Source: Armatimonadota bacterium (GTDB taxonomy: Bacteria; Armatimonadota; SYMT01). From it: DNA of 64,000 bases. A program made the translations under genes and the position numbers. The notes beneath the pieces are model-generated. The model searched no databases. It was given only the letters and a program-made list of their open reading frames with translations, and had not been told where the DNA came from. Positions 50,874 through 59,995 of the stretch are shown piece by piece. The DNA lies in the NCBI GenBank assembly GCA_041690135.1, contig JAWLHY010000021.1:1-64000 (forward strand), in the 5' to 3' direction. How positions within the stretch are numbered: the stretch's first letter is position 1; each line of letters opens with the position of its first letter.

Positions 50874-53800
50874 ATGAGTGGTGGAACAGGTCGGCGGTGG
50901 CGCGGCTGGGGACTGCTGGCCGCCCTGGCGGCGACGGTGGGCGTCTATGCCTCGGCCTTCTCCGCGGAGACCCCCGTGGGTGCCGTGAACGGCCGGGTGA
51001 TGGCAACGGATACCGGTCGCCCGATGGCAGGACTGGATATCACCCTGCGGCCGGATGTCCCCGAGAGCGGAACCGATATCCGCAACGCCACCACGGACAG
51101 GAATGGGGAGTTCCGCCTCTTACGCGTCCCAGCGGGATCCTACAGCGTGGAGGTCCATGCGGAAGTCCATCGCCTCGATATTCCCCCCATTGTCACCGTG
51201 GAGGAGGGGGAAACCGCCGCGGTGGAAGCCCGGATGGAGCCGGGGGACCCGTTCCTCAACCTCAATATCCACCAGCACGCCTATCTTCCCGGAGATGCGC
51301 CCCGGCTGGCGCTGCACGGCTTCCGCCAAGGCGGCACCGTCAACCTGGAACTCCACGCTGTGGATACTGTTGCGCTGGTGCGGGACTACGGCAACGACCT
51401 GCGCTCGCTGCTGAACCCCGTGGCAGCAACTTCCCGCCCCGGTGCCTTCACGCGTTTCCGCGGCAAACACCTGAAGAAGGTGCGCACCTGGTCGCACCCC
51501 ATCGTCAAGCGGAATGCGGAAGGCGTGTTCTATGATTACGAGCGCCTGGAGGCCCCTGACCCCGGCGTTTATGTGGTAGTGGCGCGTGGGGAGAAGACGG
51601 AGGCCCTCGGCTGGCTGATGGTCACCGACCTGGCGCTGGTCACCAAGTCGGCGGGGGGCCGGGTGGTGGCCTACGCCGCGCATTTGAAGACCGGCAAGCC
51701 GGTGTCGGGCGCCCGCGTGACCGTGTTTCGGGGGGCGAAGGTAACGGGCTCCGGCACCACCAACGCGCAGGGACTGGCCGAACTGGGCGTGGTTGCGGGA
51801 CAGGACGAACACGAGGCCAGCGCCATCGCGCAGCATGGCACCTCGCTTGCGTTCATGCGGTTCAACCCGGCAGCCTACGGCAGCAGCGACCGATACCGGG
51901 TCTTCACTTACACCGACCGGCCCGTCTACCGGCCCGGCCATACGGTCCGCTTCAAGGGGGTGATCCGGCATCTGGAAAAGGTGGGTTATTCCGTACCCTC
52001 GTCCGGACTGGTGGACTTTGAAGTGGTGGACCCGATGGACACGGTCCTCTACAAGGACCGGGCGCCCCTGAGCGATCTTGGGGCCTTTGCCGCGGAACTC
52101 GACCTGCCTGCGGAAGCCCAGAGCGGCGACTATTTCATCCGCACCCGTTTCCAGGGAGAAACCCACGAAGACACCTTCAGCGTGGCCTCATACCGCAAGC
52201 CGGAATGGCGCGTGGACGTAAGCACCTCGAAGCCGCGCTACGTGCGCGGGGAGAACGTGCCGGTGACGGTGAAGGCGAACTACTACTACGGTGCGCCGGT
52301 GGTGGAAGGGCAGGTTCGGTGGACCGTATACCGCTCCCGCTACTGGAGCTACTGGTGGGACCAGGAAGAGGAGCCGCTCTACGACTACGAGTCGGAGTTC
52401 GCGGACGACTACGGCGAGGTTGTCGCCGAGGGACACGGCGTCACCGACGAAGACGGGACCCTGAGCTTTGAGTTTCCTACCCGCCTGGCCTCGGAGGGGG
52501 AGGCGATCGATAACAGCGCCGAGTATCGCTACAACGTCGAGGTGGAAGTGGTTGACCTCTCGGAGCGACTCGCAACGGGGAACACCCGGGTCCGGGTGAG
52601 CTCCGGCGAGATCACCCTGAACGCCGAGCCGCAGCGCTACGTGGCCATGCCCGGAAGCGAAGTACCGGTTCGGGTACGGGTCCGTGATCTGCAGGACCGC
52701 CCCGCCGCCGGCATCGAGGTCAAGATGACAGCGGCACTGCGGGACTGGGAGAACGGCCGCTCGGCGGAGAAGGTTCTGACCACGGCTTCCGCGCGCTCCG
52801 ATGCCCGAGGAGAGCTCAGCCTCCCCGTCCGCCTCACGGAAACCGGGCTCGTGGCCATCCGTGCTACGGCCACCGACAGGCGCGGTAACCGGGTGGAGGC
52901 GACCACGGACATCTGGGTGAGCCGGGATGACGGCGGCGATTACAGCGCCAACTACCCGACCCTTTCCGTGCTGCTCGACAAAAAGCAGTATGAGGTCGGT
53001 GACTGGGTTCAGGTGCTGGTCAATACCGACCGGCCCGGCCCCACGGCCCTGGTAGCGGTTGAGTCCACCGAAATCCACGAACTCCGGACGGTGCCGTTGA
53101 AGAGCAAGTCCACCGTGGTCCGCTTCCGGGTGCGCGAGGGCTACGACCCGAACGTGTTCGTCACGGCCTGCTTCGTCAAGGACCGGGAGTTCGCCACCAA
53201 CCAGGCGAAGGTCAATGTGAGCCCCGACGCGCATCGCCTGCGCGTCACCATTGAGCCGGATCGGGAGGTCTACCGGCCTGGCGAGACGGCCACGTACCGC
53301 ATCCGGACGACCGATGTGTCCGGGCGGCCGGTCCGCGCCGAGCTTTCGTTCGGAGTCGTAGACGAGTCGGTCTATGCGATCCGGGAGGAGTCGAAGTACG
53401 GGATCTGGGAGCGGTTCTATCCCCGCCGCACGAACGACGTGTTGACCGAGTTCGCCTATCCGCCTATCTACCTGGGCGACGCGGACAAGGCGGGAGCGAA
53501 CGTGGCCGTGCGGAAGAACTTCCCGGACACCGCCTACTGGAACCATGAGGTGGTCACCAACGCGGAAGGGCAGGCCACGCTGCGGGTGAAGATGCCGGAC
53601 ACGCTGACGAGCTGGCGCGCCACTGCGGTCGCCCATACCGGCAGCACCCAGCTCGGCAAGACCACCGCCAACGTGCGGGTGATGAAGGACCTCACGCTCC
53701 GGCTGCAGACCCCGCGCGTGTTCACCCAGGGCGACCGCCTCAAAATCTCCGCGGTGGCGCACAACTACAGCCCGTCGGCGCAGGAAGTTACGGTCTCTGT

Positions 53801-55595
53801 TGCCACGCAGGGGCTGCGCCTCCAGGAGCGAGCCGACCGCCGCCTCCGCCTCGCTCCTGGCCAGGCCGAGACGGTGACCTGGGAAGTGCGAGCCGAGGAA
53901 CCGGGGGAGGCGACCGTGACCGCCACCGCCGTGGCCGGGTCACTTTCCGACGGAATGGAATTAAAGGTCCCGATCCGGCCCTTCGCGCACGAGACGGTGG
54001 AGTATCGCACCGGGACGGTCGCCGACACGGGAACCTCCGAAAGCTTCAAGGTTGGCGCGGGACTTGCCGGCGGGGAGCTGGAACTGCGCCTGGCGCCCAC
54101 CCTGGCGGGCACCGTACTCGGCTCTCTCGACTACCTGGTGACCTATCCCTACGGCTGCACCGAGCAGACGATGAGCAGTTTCCTGCCGGACGTGGTAGTG
54201 CTCCGGACGCTCCGCTCGCTGGGCCTGCACCGGTCCGAGCTCGAGGAACGTCTGCCGAAAGTCACGCAGGCGGGCCTCCTCCGGCTCTCCGGGTTCCAGC
54301 ACTATGACGGCGGCTGGGGCTGGTGGGAGTATGACGAAACCGATCCCTGGATGACCGCCTATGTGATGCTGGGGCTGACCACCGCGCGAAACTCCGGGGT
54401 CGCGATCAACCCGCGCATGTATGACCGCGGGCGCACCTCGCTCGCCCAGATCGCGCAGCGGACGAACCTGACGCCGGACGACGCCATGTTCGTGGCGTAT
54501 TCCCTGGCCGAAAGCGGCTCTGCCGGGAAGGCCCGGTCTCTGCTGTCGATCCTCTACAACCCGAAGAAGGTCGCGAAGCTGCAGATCCGGTCCCTCGGCT
54601 ACGCCGTGCTGGCCCTGCACAAGATGGGGGAAAAGGAACGCGCGGTGTCCGTGCTGGGCGAGCTGTGGAAGCGGAGTATCGAGGCGGGCGGAACCTACCA
54701 CTGGGCGGAGGATCGGAACGGATCCTACTGGCGGATACCGGCGGACGTGGAAAGCACGGCCCTGGCCCTCAAGGCCGCGGTCGCGTTGACCCCGAATGAC
54801 GAACGGCTGCCGGGAGTGGTGCGCTGGCTGCTGCTGAAGCGCCGCGCCGACCGGTGGGAGTCGACGCGGGATACGGCCTGGATCCTCTTCGCGCTGTCCG
54901 ATTACCTGACCCAAACCGGAGAGTTGAAGCCAGACTACCATCTGGCGGTGCGACTGAACGGCAGGGAGCTGCTGGCGGAACAGATCGGGCCGGAGGACGC
55001 ATTGAAGCCGGAGCTCGTGGTGAAGGTGCCGGTCGCGGAGCTGCTGCGGGAGAACAGCTTGCAAATCTCGCGACAAGGCGCGGGCACTGCCTACTACGCG
55101 CTGCGGGTCACCCAACAGCGAAAGGCGGAGCAGTTCGCACCCGAGTCGGCTCTGCCGGGCCTTTCGATCCAGCGAGAGTACTTCCGCCTGCAAACCCGCC
55201 GCGATGCCAATGGCCGGCCCCAGGTCACACCGGAGGATCGACCCACCCTTACAGCACGGGTGGGGGACCGGCTGCTGGTGCGCCTCACGGTGAAGAACAA
55301 GCAGCCGCTGGAGTATTTGATGATCGAAGACCCGCTGGCGGCGGGGTGCGAAGTCCAGGACCGGGGACAGGTGTCCTTCGACGAGTGGTCGTACTGGTGG
55401 TCGCACATGGACGTTCGCGACGACCGCGTGAGCCTCTTCGTGCGGGAACTGGAGCCGGGCACCCACGTACTGGAGTACTACCTCCGACCGGAGCAGGCAG
55501 GGGCGATGCGGTCACTGCCCGCGGTGCTGGAGGACATGTACGTGCCCTCCACCCGGTGCTCCACCAGCGACGACCGTCTCCAGATCACCCGTTAG
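50874..55595 (+). CDS. Bacterial alpha-2-macroglobulin family protein with intact thioester motif
   Basis: YTDRPVYRPG (MG2), VVDESVY, VRKNFPDTAYW, PDTLTSWR, YPYGCTEQTMS (CxEQ at 54156-54167), QHYDGGWGWW, DPLAAGCE, RDDRV. Confidence 0.95.
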   Translation: MSGGTGRRWRGWGLLAALAATVGVYASAFSAETPVGAVNGRVMATDTGRPMAGLDITLRPDVPESGTDIRNATTDRNGEFRLLRVPAGSYSVEVHAEVHRLDIPPIVTVEEGETAAVEARMEPGDPFLNLNIHQHAYLPGDAPRLALHGFRQGGTVNLELHAVDTVALVRDYGNDLRSLLNPVAATSRPGAFTRFRGKHLKKVRTWSHPIVKRNAEGVFYDYERLEAPDPGVYVVVARGEKTEALGWLMVTDLALVTKSAGGRVVAYAAHLKTGKPVSGARVTVFRGAKVTGSGTTNAQGLAELGVVAGQDEHEASAIAQHGTSLAFMRFNPAAYGSSDRYRVFTYTDRPVYRPGHTVRFKGVIRHLEKVGYSVPSSGLVDFEVVDPMDTVLYKDRAPLSDLGAFAAELDLPAEAQSGDYFIRTRFQGETHEDTFSVASYRKPEWRVDVSTSKPRYVRGENVPVTVKANYYYGAPVVEGQVRWTVYRSRYWSYWWDQEEEPLYDYESEFADDYGEVVAEGHGVTDEDGTLSFEFPTRLASEGEAIDNSAEYRYNVEVEVVDLSERLATGNTRVRVSSGEITLNAEPQRYVAMPGSEVPVRVRVRDLQDRPAAGIEVKMTAALRDWENGRSAEKVLTTASARSDARGELSLPVRLTETGLVAIRATATDRRGNRVEATTDIWVSRDDGGDYSANYPTLSVLLDKKQYEVGDWVQVLVNTDRPGPTALVAVESTEIHELRTVPLKSKSTVVRFRVREGYDPNVFVTACFVKDREFATNQAKVNVSPDAHRLRVTIEPDREVYRPGETATYRIRTTDVSGRPVRAELSFGVVDESVYAIREESKYGIWERFYPRRTNDVLTEFAYPPIYLGDADKAGANVAVRKNFPDTAYWNHEVVTNAEGQATLRVKMPDTLTSWRATAVAHTGSTQLGKTTANVRVMKDLTLRLQTPRVFTQGDRLKISAVAHNYSPSAQEVTVSVATQGLRLQERADRRLRLAPGQAETVTWEVRAEEPGEATVTATAVAGSLSDGMELKVPIRPFAHETVEYRTGTVADTGTSESFKVGAGLAGGELELRLAPTLAGTVLGSLDYLVTYPYGCTEQTMSSFLPDVVVLRTLRSLGLHRSELEERLPKVTQAGLLRLSGFQHYDGGWGWWEYDETDPWMTAYVMLGLTTARNSGVAINPRMYDRGRTSLAQIAQRTNLTPDDAMFVAYSLAESGSAGKARSLLSILYNPKKVAKLQIRSLGYAVLALHKMGEKERAVSVLGELWKRSIEAGGTYHWAEDRNGSYWRIPADVESTALALKAAVALTPNDERLPGVVRWLLLKRRADRWESTRDTAWILFALSDYLTQTGELKPDYHLAVRLNGRELLAEQIGPEDALKPELVVKVPVAELLRENSLQISRQGAGTAYYALRVTQQRKAEQFAPESALPGLSIQREYFRLQTRRDANGRPQVTPEDRPTLTARVGDRLLVRLTVKNKQPLEYLMIEDPLAAGCEVQDRGQVSFDEWSYWWSHMDVRDDRVSLFVRELEPGTHVLEYYLRPEQAGAMRSLPAVLEDMYVPSTRCSTSDDRLQITR

Positions 55596-55632
55596 CGGGG
55601 GTTCTCACCACGGAGACACGGAGACACGGAGT

Positions 55633-56595
55633 ATGTCACGGAGAGGAAGGGAGACGCTGGGAGGAGTCTTGCGAAGCGGCAACAACCGTTCCGAGCCAGC
55701 GGTGAATGCGGATGACGCCCACGCTTGCGACCGTGTGGACACCGGGCAAGTAGTGGTGGACGGAGGATCGAGTTACGCAATACGCAATACGCAATACGCA
55801 GCGCCGCACTCGCCGCGGGGCTTGCAGTATTCCCTGCTCGCGGCCCTGGTCGCTGGTCTCGTGGGGGTAATGGCCTGGGCCTCCACCCGGCAGGAAAAGG
55901 ACGTCACGCTGGCGCGCTTCGTGACCACGCTGCGGGGGCGGACTCCCAACCAGGTACACAACGTCGCCCTGGCAGCCCGGACCATTCACGGCACCTGGAT
56001 TGCACCCGGCGCGGTCTTCTCCTTCAATCGAGTGGTGGGCTCGTGGTCCTCCAACTCGGGGTACAAGCTCGCGCCCGTCAGCTATGATGGGGAACTGGTG
56101 CCGAGTTGGGGCGGGGGCGTCTGCCAGGCCTCCACCACCCTCTACAACGCGGCGCTGCTGGCGGGCCTCGGTATCGAGGAGCGTCACCGCCACCGCTGGT
56201 TCGCACGCTATGTGGCGCCCGGACGGGATGCCGCGGTCGCCTACAGCAACATCGACCTCAAGCTCCGCAACCCCTATCCCTGGCCCGTGCGGCTGGAAGG
56301 GGAGGTCCGCGGCGAATTGGTGGAGTTCCGGGTTGTCGGAATGGAGCCACTGGAGGACCGCTTCGAGATCCGTCAGCGCGTGGAGGCGGTCCACGCTCCA
56401 CCAACGGTCCGGCAGCCCCGTCGCGAGGAACTGGGCCACCGCACAGTCCGAAATCCCGGCAAGCCGGGATGCCGGGTCCTCACCTACCGTCTCCGTCTTC
56501 GGGAAGGTCAGCCCACCCAGGAGGAGTTCCTCTCGGATGATGCCTATCCCGCCATGAACCGTCTCGTGCTTGTGGGAGGTGGCGGGGGTAGGTAG
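55633..56595 (+). CDS. VanW-family protein with G5-like tail (start uncertain)
   Basis: NVALAA...G..FSFN.VVG, GYKLAP, GGGVCQASTTLYNA, ERHRH, YVAPGRDAAV, DLKLRN. Confidence 0.9.
   Translation: MSRRGRETLGGVLRSGNNRSEPAVNADDAHACDRVDTGQVVVDGGSSYAIRNTQYAAPHSPRGLQYSLLAALVAGLVGVMAWASTRQEKDVTLARFVTTLRGRTPNQVHNVALAARTIHGTWIAPGAVFSFNRVVGSWSSNSGYKLAPVSYDGELVPSWGGGVCQASTTLYNAALLAGLGIEERHRHRWFARYVAPGRDAAVAYSNIDLKLRNPYPWPVRLEGEVRGELVEFRVVGMEPLEDRFEIRQRVEAVHAPPTVRQPRREELGHRTVRNPGKPGCRVLTYRLRLREGQPTQEEFLSDDAYPAMNRLVLVGGGGGR
55774..55800. repeat. TACGCAA heptamer tandem repeat (about 4 copies)
   Basis: TACGCAATACGCAATACGCAATACGCA. Confidence 0.85.
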
Positions 56596-56696
56596 CCCGC
56601 TGAACACGCTGAAAGACGCAGAACAGGGTAGACGGGAAAGCGGGCATGGCCAATGCCTATGTACGTGTTCAGACTTGGATTCCCGCCAAACCAAGG

Positions 56697-57182
56697 CCCG
56701 AGAGGGGAGTCCGGTCGGCAGTCCGGGGTTCGGATTCGGTAGTCGCAAGAAGAACCCGACTAGCGTCGGGACTCCCACATCGCTCCTGGGGCAAACGGGC
56801 GTCCCAGAACAACCGCCACGGAACGTGGGTCTATCCAGCGCTTCCGGACCTAACCGGACCCGAGAGGGGAGTCCGGACGGCAGTCCGGGGTTCGGATTTG
56901 ATAGTCGCAAGGGGAACCCGACTAGCGTCGGGACTCCCATCTCGCCCTATGGGTGAGATACCTTCCAGAACAGTGACCGCGGGACGTGGGATTACCCGCT
57001 CGGTCCCAAACCTACCGAGGTCCGAGAGGGGAGTCCGAACGCCAGTCCGGGGTTCGGACTCCGTAGTCGCAGAATTCACCGGACTGGCCACCGGACTCCC
57101 ACCTCGGGCGGCGTGAAGGCGGGCAACCAGAACTACCTTTACGGTACTGGGACTCACCTCCGGATTCCGAAGACCTCCGCGC
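56697..57182. repeat. Three 162-bp tandem units, each with a conserved ~80-bp structured palindromic core
   Basis: GAGAGGGGAGTCCG at 56700, 56862 and 57024; GGACTCCC at 56769, 56931 and 57093. Confidence 0.92.
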
Positions 57183-57389
57183 TAGGGAATGCCCCAACCT
57201 TCGTCCCCCACGCTACAACGTCCCAACCTCTGGCCCACACGGGATTTCCACCTTCAGCCCCTGGCCTCCGAGGGGAGTTCTAACCTTCTACCTTCAACTT
57301 TCAATCCCTGGCCCCGAGAGGGCTGCCAACCTGCAACCCGGATCTGGGCCGGGTAGCCAACGAAGTTGCAAAAATTCTTGCCTGACCGG

Positions 57390-57474
57390 TTGACACTCGC
57401 CCAATGCTGCGATATCAGTGTTATACGATAACGGTAGCGTTACCGGTAACCATACCGGTATGGTTACCGGTAAC
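57390..57474 (+). promoter_or_regulatory. LacI-gene promoter with triple palindromic operator
   Basis: TTGACA (57390), 17 bp, TATCAG; then GTTACCGGTAAC-CATACCGGTATG-GTTACCGGTAAC (57439-57474). Confidence 0.75.
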
Positions 57475-57515
57475 CTTAACGGCCAGGCGCCGCTAAAGGT
57501 CGCGATGGAGACGGA

Positions 57516-58544
57516 TTGTTGGAACAGCAGGCAAAACCGAGGACGATAGAGGACCTGGCGACCCTGCTGGGGGTATCCACGATGACAGTCCACCGCGCCA
57601 TCTCCGGTAAGCCGGACATCTCTCCTAAGACTCGCGCCCGCATCCTGGCGGAGATCGAGCGGCTGGACTGGCGACCGAACATCGCGGCGCGCGGCCTGCG
57701 GCAGGGGAAGACGTTCACCCTCGGCATCCTGGTCTCCAATGTCGCCGCGTCCTTCCTTCCGGAGATCCTGCAGGGGGTCAACCAGGCGGCGGAAGCCAAG
57801 AACTACCACGCTTTTGTTTCGGTCCACGAGCACGAGGCTAGCCGCGCCATCCGCCATCTGCAGACGCTCCAATCGAAGGGTGTGGACGGCATCGTCCATT
57901 ACCCCACGCTGGGTGGAGGGGAAGTCGCCACGCTCAACGACATCCTGCGCAACACCCCCACTGTAGCCGTGATGCGGGCGGTTCCCGATTTCGAAGGACC
58001 CGTGGTACTGGTGGATGACGCGCTCGGCGGCCGGCTCGCGGCCCAGCACTTGCTGGTGCTGGGGCACGATCGGATCGGCTTCCTGGGCTATCACGACGCC
58101 GACCTCAGCGAGGTTCGCCGGCAGGGGTTCGAAGACGCGCTCCGGGAAAACGGCGTGAGCCTGCGACCGGAATGGACGCTGGCTACCGTGGCTTCCGGCG
58201 CCTCGCCCAGCGAGAGAGATCTCGATCGGCTGCTCGGAGGCGCGGAGCGCCCCACGGCGATCTTCTGCCCCTCGGACCGCCTTGCTGCGCGTGTAGTGCA
58301 GGGCGCGGCCGACCGGGGGCTGCGCGTTCCCGAAGAGCTTTCGGTGATGGGATACAACGGCGATGCCTGGGCGGCACTGCTGCCGGTGCCCCTCACCACG
58401 GTGGCCCAGCCCCGCGCCGAGATCGGGGAACGGGCGGCGCAGATGGTGCTGGAGGAACGGACCAGCGGCCGCAGTTGCACCTTACTGGAGCCCTGGCTGG
58501 TGGCCCGGGCGTCCACGGCCCCTGCGCCCATAGCCACACGCTGA
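57516..58544 (+). CDS. LacI-family transcriptional regulator
   Basis: TIEDLATLLGVSTMTVHRAI HTH, RPNIAARGL hinge, VPEELSVMGY, LTTVAQP. Confidence 0.95.
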   Translation: MLEQQAKPRTIEDLATLLGVSTMTVHRAISGKPDISPKTRARILAEIERLDWRPNIAARGLRQGKTFTLGILVSNVAASFLPEILQGVNQAAEAKNYHAFVSVHEHEASRAIRHLQTLQSKGVDGIVHYPTLGGGEVATLNDILRNTPTVAVMRAVPDFEGPVVLVDDALGGRLAAQHLLVLGHDRIGFLGYHDADLSEVRRQGFEDALRENGVSLRPEWTLATVASGASPSERDLDRLLGGAERPTAIFCPSDRLAARVVQGAADRGLRVPEELSVMGYNGDAWAALLPVPLTTVAQPRAEIGERAAQMVLEERTSGRSCTLLEPWLVARASTAPAPIATR

Positions 58545-58793
58545 CGGGGTTTTGAAAGTTTGTGGGAGGGAGCCCGGCCCGTCCGGCACCGGCCCACAAA
58601 AAAGCGGCAAGAGACCGCAACTGGAAACGAACGAAGCAGATCGAGGCCCATCCCGGTTTCGGCCGGGTTGGGCCCGCTCCGGACGCGGTTCACCGGAGCT
58701 TGAACAAATAGCCGTGCAGTTATTCAACTACTAGTTCCGGGCAACCGCGGTCAGGCGTCCGCGTGATGCCCCATCCTTTCGAGGAGAATCGAA

Positions 58794-59489
58794 ATGCGCT
58801 CCCACCGTCGGGGCTTCACGCTCATCGAATTGCTTGTGGTCATAGCCATCATCGCTATTTTGGCCGCAATTCTGTTCCCCGTCTTCGCCCGCGCTCGCGA
58901 AGCCGCCCGCGCCACCGGCTGCCGCAGCAACCTGAAGCAGCTCGGAATGGCGGCCGCCATGTACGAGCAAGACTACGACGAGATCTGCATGCCCGCCTTC
59001 ACCCGACAGGTTGGTGGCGAACTCTGGTATGACCTGGCGGACCCCTACGTCAAGAACATGAGCCGGTCCGGCGCCAGCTACAACCTCAACGGCAAGGTGT
59101 TCTCTTGCCCATCCGCTCCCACGCCGACAACGGACCCGGTCAACCTGCGACGTCCCTATGGGTACAATTTCGTCTACCTCGGACGCGGCACTACCACGGT
59201 TTCCCTGGCAGCCCTTCAGGCGCCGGCATCCACGATCCGCATTGTGGAAATCTGGCGAATTGACGGCACTTTTCCAGCACCGGGGATCGGCTCCTACCTG
59301 GCTTATCCCCCCAGCAACGGGAGTGCCGCCAATATCTTCCCGCGTGACTGGCACAGCGACATGTCGAACGTGTTGTTCGTCGATGGTCATGTCAAGAGTA
59401 TGAAACGCAACCAGATCATGATGTTGGGTGGGGGAGCAACGGGTCTGTCCACCGATCCCTGGTGGCGGGCCGACGGCAACAAGCCCTAA
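58794..59489 (+). CDS. Prepilin-type N-terminal cleavage/methylation protein, DUF1559 with H-X9-DG motif
   Basis: [30 protein letters not shown]...CRSNLKQLG; [13 protein letters not shown]. Confidence 0.93.
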   Translation: MRSHRRGFTLIELLVVIAIIAILAAILFPVFARAREAARATGCRSNLKQLGMAAAMYEQDYDEICMPAFTRQVGGELWYDLADPYVKNMSRSGASYNLNGKVFSCPSAPTPTTDPVNLRRPYGYNFVYLGRGTTTVSLAALQAPASTIRIVEIWRIDGTFPAPGIGSYLAYPPSNGSAANIFPRDWHSDMSNVLFVDGHVKSMKRNQIMMLGGGATGLSTDPWWRADGNKP

Positions 59490-59568
59490 CACTCAGCACA
59501 TTCTAGTCACCAAGGTGTCGGCAGAGAACGTCTCTGCTTCTTTGGACACTCGCGTGATAAGCGTCCAC

Positions 59569-59604
59569 GGTCTACCTTGGCATTGGCTAGGGTAGACCTT
59601 TCTT
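59569..59604 (+). terminator. Rho-independent terminator
   Basis: GGTCTACCTTG-gcattggc-TAGGGTAGACC then TTTCTT. Confidence 0.75.
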
Positions 59605-59995
59605 CACACTAAGAGCGATCACTGCGCCCTCCTCGGAATAATAGAAACCCGCAACTCCAGCCCTATTGAGCAGGCGTATTGCGGCCAGGCTGATCCGCGA
59701 CTGCAGCCGAACGCCGTTCGAAAGACGCGACAGCACCGCCACACAACTAGGGGGCCACCGAAGGAGAACTGCGGCAGATCTGGAGAAGCCCTCCGGATCT
59801 GCCGTTTCGTCGTGTGCTTTTAATTGCCCAGAAGTGCCCCAAGCGGCATGTACCGGTTACCGGCGGCGCTACGAAACCACCCCAGTACCGGTTCGGTGCC
59901 TGCCACGTCTCCCAGGCGGCAACTGCCGACTATTTCCCTAGTCTTTTCCCTTGCCGGCACCGGCTTCCAGCCGGACAGAACCCACCCGCACCCTG

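Noticed and set aside
56697-57182. CRISPR array
   Set aside because: The repeat core is about 80 bp, the linkers resemble each other, and there are no cas genes in the window
59848-59863. Additional LacI operator (ATGTACCGGTTACCGG)
   Set aside because: Only a partial match to GTTACCGGTAAC; plausible by chance
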